NCBI GenBank assembly: GCA_034430375.1
Contig: DAOUER010000038.1
Location: 1-60,919 of the forward strand
DNA from: Dehalococcoidales bacterium
Lineage (GTDB): Bacteria > Chloroflexota > Dehalococcoidia > Dehalococcoidales > RBG-16-60-22
DNA length: 60,919 nucleotides
Direction of reading: 5' to 3'
Every line of letters begins with the position of its first letter. Within the stretch, counting starts at the first letter, position 1. Shown one piece after another: positions 1-10,219 of this stretch. The position numbers and the translations under genes were made by a program. Under the pieces are notes generated by a model, which was not told the DNA's origin, ran no database searches, and saw only the letters and a program-made list of their open reading frames with translations.

Positions 1-1028
1 GGCACTCTGATTCTAAACGAGCCGCCTCTCTTATCACGCAGCCACCCTTCAACGGTTTGTTTGTCTTCAATACGATATTGCAGTAATAACAGGGGCGGTA
101 TCTGAGGATTGGATGAATAGTATTGTTTAACGAAACTACCGATAATCTGGCTAGGTTCTTCGTCGCGGGTGCCCTGGAGCAGGAAGCCTTCTCGACCGGT
201 AAGCCGGTTGTTGCGTACGAACAATACCTGTACGAAGGCCTTATCGCCGTCCTGGACAAAAGCGATAACGTCCTGTTCTCCCCGTATCGTTGCTGCAATC
301 CGCTCTCCTTCGATAACCTCCTCCATCGCCTGTGTCTGGTCTCTTAACAAGGCTGCTTTTTCGTAGTCCATGTTTTTTGACGCCTGGTCCATCCTGGACC
401 TGATTTCCTTGATAACCTTATCCCGTTTCCCTTCAAGGAACATGGTCACTTCTTTGATTACCTGGTCGTATTCAGCCTTGCTGACATTACCGGTACACGG
501 CGCCAGGCAATGACCGAGGTAGAATTCAAGACATCCTCGTTTCTTGGTACCTGTCAGCTGTTTCTTACAGACTCTGAAAGGGAAGAGTCGCTGTAAAACA
601 CGCAGGGTGTTTTTTACCGATACAGCGCTGGCAAACGGTCCGAAATAACGTCCGCCGTCCTGCTCTATACGGCGTGTCCGGTATACCCGGGGCCATTCAT
701 CCTGGATATCTATTTTCAGGTAGGGATAAGTCTTATCATCTTTGAGCCGTATATTATAACGCGGTCGGTACTGCTTGATAAAATTCAATTCCAGTACCAG
801 AGCTTCCTGCTCTGAAGTAGCGATAAAAAAGTCGATATCCGCTATTTGTGAGACGAGTTGCACCGTTTTAGGAGATAGTTTGGGTGATTCGCTGAAATAG
901 GACCGGACTCTATTGTGTAGATTGATAGCTTTCCCAACATAAAGGATATTACCGGCCTGGTCCCTCATCAGGTATACCCCGGGACGATGCGGTACCCTGT
1001 TAAGTTGTTCTTTTACCAGTCGGTTCAC
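1..1028 (-). CDS. uvrC: Excinuclease ABC subunit C (3' part runs off the window start)
   Basis: Manual translation of the minus strand from GTG at 1028 gives VNRLVKEQLNRVPHRPGVYLMRDQAGNILYVGKAINLHNRVRSYF, the GIY-YIG N-terminus of UvrC. Not in the ORF track because it is truncated. Confidence 0.95.
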   Translation of the reverse strand, partial: MNRLVKEQLNRVPHRPGVYLMRDQAGNILYVGKAINLHNRVRSYFSESPKLSPKTVQLVSQIADIDFFIATSEQEALVLELNFIKQYRPRYNIRLKDDKTYPYLKIDIQDEWPRVYRTRRIEQDGGRYFGPFASAVSVKNTLRVLQRLFPFRVCKKQLTGTKKRGCLEFYLGHCLAPCTGNVSKAEYDQVIKEVTMFLEGKRDKVIKEIRSRMDQASKNMDYEKAALLRDQTQAMEEVIEGERIAATIRGEQDVIAFVQDGDKAFVQVLFVRNNRLTGREGFLLQGTRDEEPSQIIGSFVKQYYSSNPQIPPLLLLQYRIEDKQTVEGWLRDKRGGSFRIRV

Positions 1029-1133
1029 CGGTTAGACTCCACGATGTTTTTCCATTATTATTCTATCACAGCCAGTATAACTGGAAAATAAGTATATCCC
1101 CAGGATCGTGTTAACTTCCAATATTTCGTAGAT

Positions 1134-1883
1134 GTGTTGTATAATATACATGTAAAATCCTACTATCATCAGGGTGATAACATCAAGAACCGGGATATCC
1201 TCTCCATAATCAGTGAAGTCAGCGAAACGCTGGCTCTCACCAATAAATCCCAACAACTGATGGAAATGACGCTAGACACCATGTCCCGAGAGCTCAAACC
1301 GGATTGTTGCTGGATTCAACTCGTTAATACGGGTAATGATAAACTGCCGCTGGTGGCCAGTCTGGGTTTTTCACCGGATATGAATCACGAAATGAATCTA
1401 TTGGATAAAGAGCACCAGTTTAGCCATGAGATTGTCGGCCTGGGCCGTAACATCGTTATCCCCAGTTTACACCGGGACGGTCAGTATAATATCCCTATCT
1501 TTAGAAAATCGGGGTTTCGCTCGCTTCTGGCGGTACCCATTATGACCTACCGCATCCACGGTATCCTGGGGATCGGGTATCGTTCCCGGATGAAATTCAC
1601 GGGAGATTTTACCCATCTCATAACAATCATCGCCAGTTTACTGGGCATGTCTCTTAATAAGTCAAATCTAAACAGGCAGTGGTTACATAAAAGTCAGACG
1701 GATGTAATTGCAGCCGATTCGATAGCGCCGGATAATCAGGCTTCTAAAGATATGATTAACCCCGGGCAGTCCAGCCAGGTTCCTGAGAACAAACCGGATA
1801 AGTCAGGGAATAAGAAAGCACCACGGAAAAGCTTTAATGACCATGATAGGAATATGAAACGTTTCAACGAATCACATAAATAA
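1134..1883 (+). CDS. Stand-alone GAF-domain protein with low-complexity C-terminal tail
   Basis: GAF-like pattern (CCWIQLV...LPLVASLGF...FRSLLAVPI...GILGIG...LITIIASLLGMSL); no output domain seen. True start uncertain and probably downstream of 1134. Confidence 0.7.
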   Translation: MLYNIHVKSYYHQGDNIKNRDILSIISEVSETLALTNKSQQLMEMTLDTMSRELKPDCCWIQLVNTGNDKLPLVASLGFSPDMNHEMNLLDKEHQFSHEIVGLGRNIVIPSLHRDGQYNIPIFRKSGFRSLLAVPIMTYRIHGILGIGYRSRMKFTGDFTHLITIIASLLGMSLNKSNLNRQWLHKSQTDVIAADSIAPDNQASKDMINPGQSSQVPENKPDKSGNKKAPRKSFNDHDRNMKRFNESHK

Positions 1884-1928
1884 TCCAGCCCCTTATCCGT
1901 TTTTGGTTATATTGTTTTTCCTGATTAC

Positions 1929-2618
1929 CTAGCTAATCGAAATCAAGCCCTGTTTAATCGCCACAACCACTGCCTCGGTCCGGGCATTGGCGTTCAGCTT
2001 TCTTAATATAGAAGTCACGTGGTTCTTAATGGTCTGTTCGCTTATGCCTAGTTCCGCCGCTATTTGTTTATTAAGGTAGCCTTCCGCTATATAGTTGAGA
2101 ATCTCAATTTCACGCGGCGTCAGCGGCGACATAAATGCCTCCGATTCGCTACGGGCAGACAGTTCCTGGAACTGTTGCAGGACATGCTCGGCGACCTTTG
2201 GCCGGTTGGTCAGGTACTCATTAATCGGGTGTTCACCCTTGGCAACTCGCCTGACGGTTTCTACCAGCTGGTCAGCGGTAACTTCCTTGCTCAAGTAAGC
2301 TACAGCTTGTGCTTTCAAAGCCATAAACAGCTGATTATCGTCCATGGCCGAGGATAATACGATTACCCCGATATTTGGTGAGCGTTGCTTGATTTTCTTA
2401 GCAAGTTCGATACCGATTTCCGAAGGCCCGTCAATATCCAACAGCGCTACATCGGGCGGTAAATTATCGATAGCCTTGAGAACACTCTCATTCAAATCTG
2501 TTATGCCGGATATGGAAATATCATCGACATCTGCGAATGAATGCTCTATCCCCTGCTTAAACAGGGATTGCTGGCTGATGACAAATACCTGAATTTTGTT
2601 ATGAGTGTTATTGTTCAT
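1929..2618 (-). CDS. NarL/LuxR-family two-component response regulator
   Basis: Receiver domain (PDVALLDID) plus LuxR HTH (LTPREIEILNYIAEGYLNKQIAAELGISEQTIKNHVTSILRKL). Start moved to ATG 2618, which follows a GGAGA RBS. Confidence 0.93.
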   Translation of the reverse strand: MNNNTHNKIQVFVISQQSLFKQGIEHSFADVDDISISGITDLNESVLKAIDNLPPDVALLDIDGPSEIGIELAKKIKQRSPNIGVIVLSSAMDDNQLFMALKAQAVAYLSKEVTADQLVETVRRVAKGEHPINEYLTNRPKVAEHVLQQFQELSARSESEAFMSPLTPREIEILNYIAEGYLNKQIAAELGISEQTIKNHVTSILRKLNANARTEAVVVAIKQGLISIS

Positions 2619-2663
2619 GGTGCTTTCTCCTATCATGGCCCTTTAAATTAGCCCAATATTGTG

Positions 2664-5600
2664 TTATTTTGATTTATCTTCTCCCGCTTTTACGGATTCT
2701 TTTTCATATATTTTTACGAACCTTTCGACGAGGTACGGATCAAATTTTGTACCAGCGTCCCGTTTTAATTCTTCTAAGGCTTTTATCATACCGGTTTCGG
2801 AAGAATCGGTGTTTCCGGTTGATATCACGTCAAAAACGCTGGCTATCGCGAGGATCCTGGCTTCTAGCGGAATGTTTTCACCCTGAAGTTTATCGGGATA
2901 TCCTGTGCCGTCATACATTTCATGGTGATGCCTGATTCCTTTTACACACTTTTCTAACTTGGGAATATGTCCCACCATATTGGCTCCCAATACTGGATGT
3001 GTTTTGAATACTTCCATTTCTTCTTCGGTTAGTTCGGTGTTTTTATCCAGTATTTCGTCACTGATACCAATTTTCCCGATATCATGTAATAGAGCGCAGG
3101 TTTCTAATTTTCTTATTTCCAGGGTATTTATGTCAAGAGTTTTCCCCAAAGTCACTGCATATTCGGCTACCTTTTTAGAGTGATTCCGGGTCCGCGAATT
3201 GCGGCTATCGATTGTTTCCGCCAAATTATAAATAATACTTACAATCCTGTTATTACTGCTACGTTTGAAAGTATTCGCTTCAGCGAAATATAGATTCGAT
3301 AGTGTACCTGAAGCACAGAATATCTTGTTTCCGCCACTCCATTTAGCCCGGTATAGCGTCAGGTCTGCCGCGGCGATAATATCGCTATGCCCCATGCCAT
3401 CCTCAGGCCAGCTGGCTAATCCAATACTGGCCGTGATGTTGATATCGCCTGTTTCGAATTCTTTGGCTATACTTTCTCTCACTCTCTCGGTTACCTGGCT
3501 AGCAGCCTCAATAGAAGTCTGGGGCAAAAGTATGGCGAATTCATCACCGCCGTATCTGAAAGCAAAGTCTGAATTCCTTATCATACTTCTGATGATATTA
3601 CCAACCTCCGCCAATAAAGCATCGCCGGCCGGATGACCTTTGGTATCGTTATATGATTTGAAAGAATCAAGGTCAAGGATTGCCAGTGTAAAAACACCGC
3701 CATATCTTGAATGACGGCTGATTTCACTGTCTATCATTTCATCCAGCGAACGTCGGTTGAGCAGTCCAGTGAGTTCATCGACGCGAGCTTTTTCTTCAGT
3801 TTCAGCATATAATCGGGCATTTTCCAGCGGCATAGCAATCTGAGCCGCCAGTTGTTCCAGTATTATAACGTGCTGCTGATTGAATGCGTTTGCCATTCTA
3901 CTAGCCAGGATCAAACTGCCGATTACATCGCCTTTGGCTATCAAGGGTAAATATACCATGGATAACATACCCTGCTCGTAGAAGTTCCGGCCGGTTTCGA
4001 ACTTAATATCTTTTGATAAATCATGCTCAACCATTGGTTCTTTATTATTTACTACCCATCCGGTCCCGGTTGATTCCATGGGTAATTTATCACCAACCTG
4101 ATAGGTAGAACCTTCTAATGACGATAATGCTACACAGCATAGTCCTTCTTCTTCGACAAGCACGATAGAAGCCCAGTTAACATCGACTACGTTTTTAAGC
4201 TCTTCGATAAAACTCCCGAATATTTCTTGGATATTTAGGCTGGAAGCAACGATAGAACTACAATTATTGATAACCGATAGCTCTATTTCACGTCCGCGGA
4301 GTTGCTCCCGGAGATATTCCTTCTCCATGGTTACCGCAACGCGTTCGGTAATATCTACTAATATATTATATTCCTCCAGTGAATAACGGCCGTTTCTCTT
4401 CTTTCCGAGGACCAAAATAGCGATTAACCGGTCACGGCTGATTAAAGGCATCAATATATCCATTTCTATGGATTCTATATCTGCTTTCTCCTGTGACCAG
4501 AGCCCGAGAAACTCAGGTAATACTGATAAATTTTCCTTGCTCAGTGGTTTCCGCTCACGTTCCAGATAATTTATTATGGGATTGTTCGCCTTTATTTTAA
4601 GGTCGACGAGGCCATTCCCTTGGGGTTCGGAAATCTGCGTGGTGAAGTCGTCACTCCCGGCCTCGGGAAATAACAGACATGCCTGGTTGACCCCGATCGC
4701 TCTGGTGATTAGCGTTAATAGCTCCCGGCCCTGGTCTCGAAGATTGAAGACGGTATGGATATTATCGGTAAAATCTGCGAGCCTTCGACGGTACTGATAA
4801 CTCGAACCGTGAAAAGCCCTGGACATCATCGAGAAAAAGAAACCGCGTAAGCGGTAAATAAATATAGCGACAATAATCCCTGTTCCGGTTGCCGCAAAAG
4901 AAGCGCCGAAGCTTATTTCAAAGTCGAAAATATTATGAAAGACGATTAGTATTAACCAGTAAGATATCACACCGATGGTAGCCAGACCTAACCAGGCTGT
5001 ACCTTCACGTAGAACTATTTTAATATCAACAAGGTTATGCCTCAAGACAGCGTAGCTTAGTATGAATGCGATGATAAGATTCCCGAAATGGCTGATGGGA
5101 TATTCACGTCCCCAAGGAAGAACGGCAGAAAGACCAAATATCACCAGTACAACGATGCTTAATATCAGGGTTTGTATCTGATTATATTGCGCCGGATTAT
5201 CAAGGTTCTTTAATCGTTTTTTGAAAACATAAAGGTTTCTAGTCGCAATTATTAATAAAGGAACAGACGCGACGATAAAAAACAGCGTTCCATAATTGGG
5301 ATATAACTTGTCGCCGACTATTTCGACGCTCTCTAGTATATACCCAAAAGAAGCCAGGAGTATCATGATGATGAGAGAACCATAAGCAAATGGCAACCAG
5401 CGTCCTTGATTCGGAAGGAAAAAGGATGATGTGAATAAGTGAAATTGAATCGCCATTGTAGGAAACATCATTACAGTGGCTTTCCAAATCACGAGGTTGT
5501 TATCCGGGAAAAAATGACCGCGGAAGAGGTAATCAAAAAGACTCCAAACCATAGCCGAGACAAGGAAGAATATAAAATAGGTATGCCTTTTTTGCCATGG

Positions 5601-5678
5601 CCGACTCGTTGCCGTAATCACGATTAAGGGAATATAAGCTATTATGGCAATGAAAGGAAATATCGAGTGAATATTCAT
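2664..5678 (-). CDS. Membrane sensor: 7TM (HisKA_7TM-like) + 2 GAF + GGDEF diguanylate cyclase + HD-GYP
   Basis: Hydrophobic N-terminal ~280 aa; two GAF-like repeats; DELTGLLNRR...DLDSFK...RYGGDEF; HDIGKIG...HHEMYDGTGYP. Confidence 0.9.
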   Translation of the reverse strand: MNIHSIFPFIAIIAYIPLIVITATSRPWQKRHTYFIFFLVSAMVWSLFDYLFRGHFFPDNNLVIWKATVMMFPTMAIQFHLFTSSFFLPNQGRWLPFAYGSLIIMILLASFGYILESVEIVGDKLYPNYGTLFFIVASVPLLIIATRNLYVFKKRLKNLDNPAQYNQIQTLILSIVVLVIFGLSAVLPWGREYPISHFGNLIIAFILSYAVLRHNLVDIKIVLREGTAWLGLATIGVISYWLILIVFHNIFDFEISFGASFAATGTGIIVAIFIYRLRGFFFSMMSRAFHGSSYQYRRRLADFTDNIHTVFNLRDQGRELLTLITRAIGVNQACLLFPEAGSDDFTTQISEPQGNGLVDLKIKANNPIINYLERERKPLSKENLSVLPEFLGLWSQEKADIESIEMDILMPLISRDRLIAILVLGKKRNGRYSLEEYNILVDITERVAVTMEKEYLREQLRGREIELSVINNCSSIVASSLNIQEIFGSFIEELKNVVDVNWASIVLVEEEGLCCVALSSLEGSTYQVGDKLPMESTGTGWVVNNKEPMVEHDLSKDIKFETGRNFYEQGMLSMVYLPLIAKGDVIGSLILASRMANAFNQQHVIILEQLAAQIAMPLENARLYAETEEKARVDELTGLLNRRSLDEMIDSEISRHSRYGGVFTLAILDLDSFKSYNDTKGHPAGDALLAEVGNIIRSMIRNSDFAFRYGGDEFAILLPQTSIEAASQVTERVRESIAKEFETGDINITASIGLASWPEDGMGHSDIIAAADLTLYRAKWSGGNKIFCASGTLSNLYFAEANTFKRSSNNRIVSIIYNLAETIDSRNSRTRNHSKKVAEYAVTLGKTLDINTLEIRKLETCALLHDIGKIGISDEILDKNTELTEEEMEVFKTHPVLGANMVGHIPKLEKCVKGIRHHHEMYDGTGYPDKLQGENIPLEARILAIASVFDVISTGNTDSSETGMIKALEELKRDAGTKFDPYLVERFVKIYEKESVKAGEDKSK

Positions 5679-5768
5679 TACCTGAAAATTATCAGCCCAA
5701 ATGTAACAACTGTCAAGGGGTAACCAAAGTAGGCGAACTAAGGAGGGAATACTAAAGTACTATATAAA

Positions 5769-7484
5769 TCACACGACTATTTTATCGTCTTTTACGGCAT
5801 CTCCGGTCTCGATTTTATGCCGTGACCCAGATATTACGGTAATTTCTTCAACATCAGATAATAGGCTGGAGAGCACCTTTTCCCGGGGATTGATGTGGGG
5901 AGGTTTCAGATGGGCCAGGTCGGCCCCTTCCGCCTGTCGTTGTGTCATATATTTACGAAAAGTACCCTTGGGTAAAAGACGAATATCCAGGCTGAAACCG
6001 ACCATATCCATAAGGTCATGATGCACCGCCGATTTAGCGAATTCATCACTATCTGGATGGATTAGTTGTTCGTAAATACTTGAGGTAATATCCTTTTCAA
6101 TTACAGCATTATTATCCTTGAGTTCTAAAACAAGGTTTAGTTTTAGTTGCCCCGGTTCTCTATAAGCTATCCAATCTTCATAGGAAATACCTGCTTTTTC
6201 CAGTGCCTGCCAGATAACTTTTTCAGAAAGCCTGATTACGTTAAAGTCAATAATATCATCAACTCTACGTTCAAAGACCATTTGCGGTAATTTTACACCC
6301 GTTTTCTCATTATCCAGTGATGTTATTTTTATCATGTCCCCAATTCTATATCTGACCAGCGCGCCGCCATGGAAATTGGTAAGAACGATTTCATAATTTT
6401 CACCCGGAGTAACTTCATCAAGTAAGAGAGTTTTAAGTTGATAGCTCTGATCCATGACCCATTTCAGGTGTTCTTCTTCCGGTATAAATTCGTACAGATT
6501 AAGATTGGGAATGAAAGTCATACCGTCATAATCCCAGGTTTGCGTGGCCATGACGCCGCCTTCAGTGCTGGAATATATATCCAGGGGATTTCTCCCCCAT
6601 GACTCCCTTATCTTATCTTTATATACAAAGCTGTCCAGCCCACTGCTGATAATACCTTTTAGTGTCCAGAGGTCTTTCGGCAATAATTGCCTTTTGGCAA
6701 TTTTGCTTTTTATGAATCCCTTTACAAGACGTACCAACGATCTGGGCTTGGTGAGATAAGGAAGAATATCAATCTTCCCTGATGATTCCTTGAATTTCTC
6801 ACCTACCGAGGCAAGGACCAGGGAAAGTCCAAAGAAGTAGTCTAAACCCTCAGACATAGCCTGCTTAAATCCGAGCCTGATCCTTTCTTCAAAGGAAAGC
6901 TCTTCGGATTCTTCTAAACCAGGCATATATTTTAAAGGTGTTTGCTGTCTTAATATATCGGCAAATGCTCCTGATACGTAAGGCCGACGGGCTACAGAGT
7001 ACAATATCTTGATATTATCAGGAATCCTGGACGTATCACCCCAGTGATTACAGCAAGATAACAAGCCTACGCCGTATAATACCTGACTCAACTCTCGCGA
7101 ATATTCGGTAGTTATCGGCACCCACTTACAGGCATATTCCCCGGTCTTGCCCGAACTGTGAATCCAAAATTCAGGTTTTACAGGCAGTAAATCTTCCCGT
7201 TTTTCTTCTAGTTCCGGAAGGTAGTCTTCATAATTAGTTAGTGGTACCTGTTCGCGAAACTCTTCAAGTGTTCGGGGTTGAGCTCCCTTCATAATTTTCT
7301 TACCCAGTTCAGAGTTATTCAATAATTCCAGCTGTTCTTCCAGCAACCTTTTCTGGACTTCCATGAACTGGTTGATATCTAACTTTAGATAGCCGCAGCA
7401 CATCTGCCATAGCTCTTCGGTTTTTCCCTGGCGTAACAGTTCAATGGCTGTAGACAATAAGAACCTCCCTAGCCTTCTTGCCAT
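5769..7484 (-). CDS. GH3-family acyl-adenylate-forming enzyme
   Basis: GH3 motifs: FREQVPLTNYEDY, HSSGKTG..KWVP, YSSTEGG, YRIGD. Confidence 0.85.
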   Translation of the reverse strand: MARRLGRFLLSTAIELLRQGKTEELWQMCCGYLKLDINQFMEVQKRLLEEQLELLNNSELGKKIMKGAQPRTLEEFREQVPLTNYEDYLPELEEKREDLLPVKPEFWIHSSGKTGEYACKWVPITTEYSRELSQVLYGVGLLSCCNHWGDTSRIPDNIKILYSVARRPYVSGAFADILRQQTPLKYMPGLEESEELSFEERIRLGFKQAMSEGLDYFFGLSLVLASVGEKFKESSGKIDILPYLTKPRSLVRLVKGFIKSKIAKRQLLPKDLWTLKGIISSGLDSFVYKDKIRESWGRNPLDIYSSTEGGVMATQTWDYDGMTFIPNLNLYEFIPEEEHLKWVMDQSYQLKTLLLDEVTPGENYEIVLTNFHGGALVRYRIGDMIKITSLDNEKTGVKLPQMVFERRVDDIIDFNVIRLSEKVIWQALEKAGISYEDWIAYREPGQLKLNLVLELKDNNAVIEKDITSSIYEQLIHPDSDEFAKSAVHHDLMDMVGFSLDIRLLPKGTFRKYMTQRQAEGADLAHLKPPHINPREKVLSSLLSDVEEITVISGSRHKIETGDAVKDDKIVV

Positions 7485-7620
7485 ATGGCAAATACAAGCA
7501 CACTACAAGGCTAAGGGATGGGCTTACGCTTGGGAAGTGATTGTGTTCTAGAACATAGTTCCATGATGACTATTACGAGGGTATGTTGAAGAATATTTTA
7601 GAGATGTCGCTCGGAATGAT

Positions 7621-7965
7621 TTAGAGTTCTTCCTCTTCCTCATCGGGTTTATAGAAAGATTCCAGTTGCTTATTTAGCAGTTCATAATCCTCAGTCGGCT
7701 GAGGTTTCCCTAGTGACATGCCATAACTGACGAAGAATTGAAGGAAGTTATGCAGCAGTTCCATCATCTGTCGGTTGAAATATTCAATCTCTTCTCGGGT
7801 CACATAGTGTTGCTGATTTTCTTGATCTTTTAGCTGACATTGAATGAGGTAATTTACAAATTCGGTACGGTTCAGTTCACCGCGGTTTTCATCTATTTGC
7901 TTGACTACATCTTCCTTAACGACCATAATCAGGTCGTTTTCTTCAAGTAAAATGGTCCTTCTCAT
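7621..7965 (-). CDS. Small hypothetical protein, possible ribbon-helix-helix DNA-binding protein
   Basis: IMVVKEDVVKQIDENRGELNRTEFVNYLI fits a strand-helix-helix RHH pattern. ATG 7965 has a GAGG RBS; the ORF track start is 8010. Confidence 0.5.
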   Translation of the reverse strand: MRRTILLEENDLIMVVKEDVVKQIDENRGELNRTEFVNYLIQCQLKDQENQQHYVTREEIEYFNRQMMELLHNFLQFFVSYGMSLGKPQPTEDYELLNKQLESFYKPDEEEEEL

Positions 7966-8170
7966 GAACAACCTCTCTCTAATACATGTTTCGCACCGGG
8001 GAACAATCAAAATCTATAACAAAGTGTATCAACACTATATAAAGCTAAACATAAAAGAAATAAAGTATTTATAAAGATTTACTTAAGGTTTTATTAAAAG
8101 ATTCAACAGTCTCAGGAATAGAGTCATAGAAGGAAGGATTTTATAGCCGGGAATATTGTATAAAAAGAAA

Positions 8171-8200
8171 AAGCCCGAAGATTGGGAAATCTTCAGGCCA
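8171..8200 (-). terminator. Rho-independent terminator after the winged-helix gene
   Basis: Minus strand GGCCTGAAGATT-TCCC-AATCTTCGGGC followed by a T-run. Confidence 0.7.
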
Positions 8201-8222
8201 GATGAACTGACTGTATTAACAA

Positions 8223-8561
8223 TTATATAATATTATCATTGGTTTTATTACCCAGCATTTCCATGAGGGTATCTATAGCTTTGAGTAGTTTTAGTCCGCT
8301 ATCGGTAACCTGGTAAGCAACCAGTGTATTATCCAAATTAACCTTGTTAACAAATTTCTGATTTACCAAATAATCAAGGTATTTTTGGATTTGATGGTAG
8401 CTCATATTGGCGCTATACATTATTTCTGTCTTTCCAGCGCCGTTTTCCCCTACCCTCAACATATCCGCGATGATTTCTATGTTGGACCGCCGCTGGCTGA
8501 CAGAAATGCGGTTTCCTGCATTACTATCCAGATTTTTCCTGTTATTAATGCCTAAATTCAT
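8223..8561 (-). CDS. Winged helix-turn-helix regulator (HTH_45-like, common in archaea)
   Basis: RRSNIEIIADMLRVGENGAGKTEIMYSANMSYHQIQKYLDYLV...YQVTDSGLKLL. Confidence 0.8.
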   Translation of the reverse strand: MNLGINNRKNLDSNAGNRISVSQRRSNIEIIADMLRVGENGAGKTEIMYSANMSYHQIQKYLDYLVNQKFVNKVNLDNTLVAYQVTDSGLKLLKAIDTLMEMLGNKTNDNII

Positions 8562-8637
8562 TCAGGACTATTGTACTGCGTGTTATATACAGTGTCAATA
8601 TATGACAGGACTTGAGAAAATCTGCTTGTACGGCTCT

Positions 8638-9453
8638 CTAGAAAAACCCGAGATACCAATCGAGAATTTCATTACCACAGAGGAGAGCGACAATAGGTCC
8701 TATTCCCAGGAACGTACCGTAGGGAATAATGTCTTTCCTGGCTTTCAGTTTGAATACCAGAAGAATAATAGCGGCTATTCCTCCTATGAATATCCCTATC
8801 AAAAGCCCGGGAATAACCAGCGGTAAGCCTGTTACCAGGCCGATTAATAAGGCCAGCTTGATATCTCCCATCCCCATGCCCCCCGGATTAATGATAAAAA
8901 CGATAAAGAAGAAGAGAAATCCTACAGCCCCGCCGATAATACTGCTAACGATAATAATGTCCGGGAAAAACGTACGTTCACCCAGTATTTCGGCATCCGG
9001 GAATATGGTCGCTATACCCATGATTACCAATGCTATTACGGCCGAAGGATAGGTAATCCGGTTTAGAATCAGTTTGTGTTCCCAGTCGATGAATATGATT
9101 ATTAAGAAGATACAGCACCAGAACGCCGTGATAAACAAACCGGCATAATTAGCCGGTTCAATGCTGGCGGCGAACCGCCAGTAAGATAGAGCGAATATGA
9201 GACCACCGGAGGCTTCCACGATAAGTACGCGCCGGGGAATGGCTTCCCCACAGTACCGGCACCGTCCCCTCAATACCAGATAGCTCAACACCGGGATTAA
9301 ATCCAGGATGCCAAGCTTTTTACCACAGGTATCACAATGGGAGGCCGGACGTACTACGGATTTTTTTAAAGGCAGGCGATCGATTAAAACATTCAGGAAG
9401 CTGCCGATTGCCAGACCTAAGAAGATAAAGATGATATACAGGAGAATATCCAT
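8638..9453 (-). CDS. pilD: Prepilin peptidase / N-methyltransferase
   Basis: GSFLNVLIDRLP, CDTC...CRYC zinc motifs, DWEHKLI and GMGMGDIKL catalytic aspartates. Confidence 0.95.
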   Translation of the reverse strand: MDILLYIIFIFLGLAIGSFLNVLIDRLPLKKSVVRPASHCDTCGKKLGILDLIPVLSYLVLRGRCRYCGEAIPRRVLIVEASGGLIFALSYWRFAASIEPANYAGLFITAFWCCIFLIIIFIDWEHKLILNRITYPSAVIALVIMGIATIFPDAEILGERTFFPDIIIVSSIIGGAVGFLFFFIVFIINPGGMGMGDIKLALLIGLVTGLPLVIPGLLIGIFIGGIAAIILLVFKLKARKDIIPYGTFLGIGPIVALLCGNEILDWYLGFF

Positions 9454-9769
9454 GTTGCTATATTTTGCCTCTTTTCTTCGGCTGCAGTCAACGTCACCTG
9501 CATCACAGAGCCAATACAGGCAGGCAACCGATTAATAATAAGGGTTTACTCCGTATTAAATTGGGTGCGTGTATCATCGCCAGGGAATACGAATAGTATT
9601 AAGCTATATCATTAATGCTGGTAACCAATATCACAGAGGTTTAGTGAACAAGATGGGACTTATTTCCCATACTAATCTATGACTAATAACTCATTGTACT
9701 TTAGCCTCATTATGATAAGCTGGACTTAAGTGAACAAAACCATAAAATACGGGAAAGGAGTCGTGTGTA

Positions 9770-10162
9770 ATGAAGAAGATTTTAAGGAAATTCCGTTACG
9801 GAGAGAAAGGGTTTACCCTCATCGAGTTGCTGGTGGTAATTGCCATACTGGGCATTCTGGCGGCGGTAGCCGTACCTAATGTCGGTAAGTTCATCGGCCA
9901 GGGTAAGACCGAGGCGCAGGATACCGAACTGCATAACGTCCAGACAGCCGTGATGGCAGCCATGGCCGATGCGTCCGTAGGTACGGTAGATGAAGGTGTT
10001 AGCGATAATTCGACAAACTTCGCTACCGGTAATGACTGCCACGTCGATGCCGCCGATGCCTTTGGTGTTGGTGACTATATCATGGGCTTCGCCGATAATG
10101 GCATCAACGGTACTTATTCAATAGCCACTGACGGCACGGTTCAAACCAAAACTTATCCCTAA
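9770..10162 (+). CDS. Type IV pilin 1
   Basis: Class III signal peptide KG|FTLIELLVVIAILGILAAVAVP; GGAAAGGAG RBS. Confidence 0.93.
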   Translation: MKKILRKFRYGEKGFTLIELLVVIAILGILAAVAVPNVGKFIGQGKTEAQDTELHNVQTAVMAAMADASVGTVDEGVSDNSTNFATGNDCHVDAADAFGVGDYIMGFADNGINGTYSIATDGTVQTKTYP

Positions 10163-10219
10163 TTCACCCGGAACACTCATAGCAATATAGATTTAGTCTA
10201 AAAAGAATACGTTAAAGAC

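Noticed and set aside
7544-7561. TGTTCTAGAACA palindrome / GAAC...GTTC as a LexA box
   Set aside because: Spacing is GAAC-N3-GTTC rather than N4, and the downstream gene has no SOS link. It may still be another operator.
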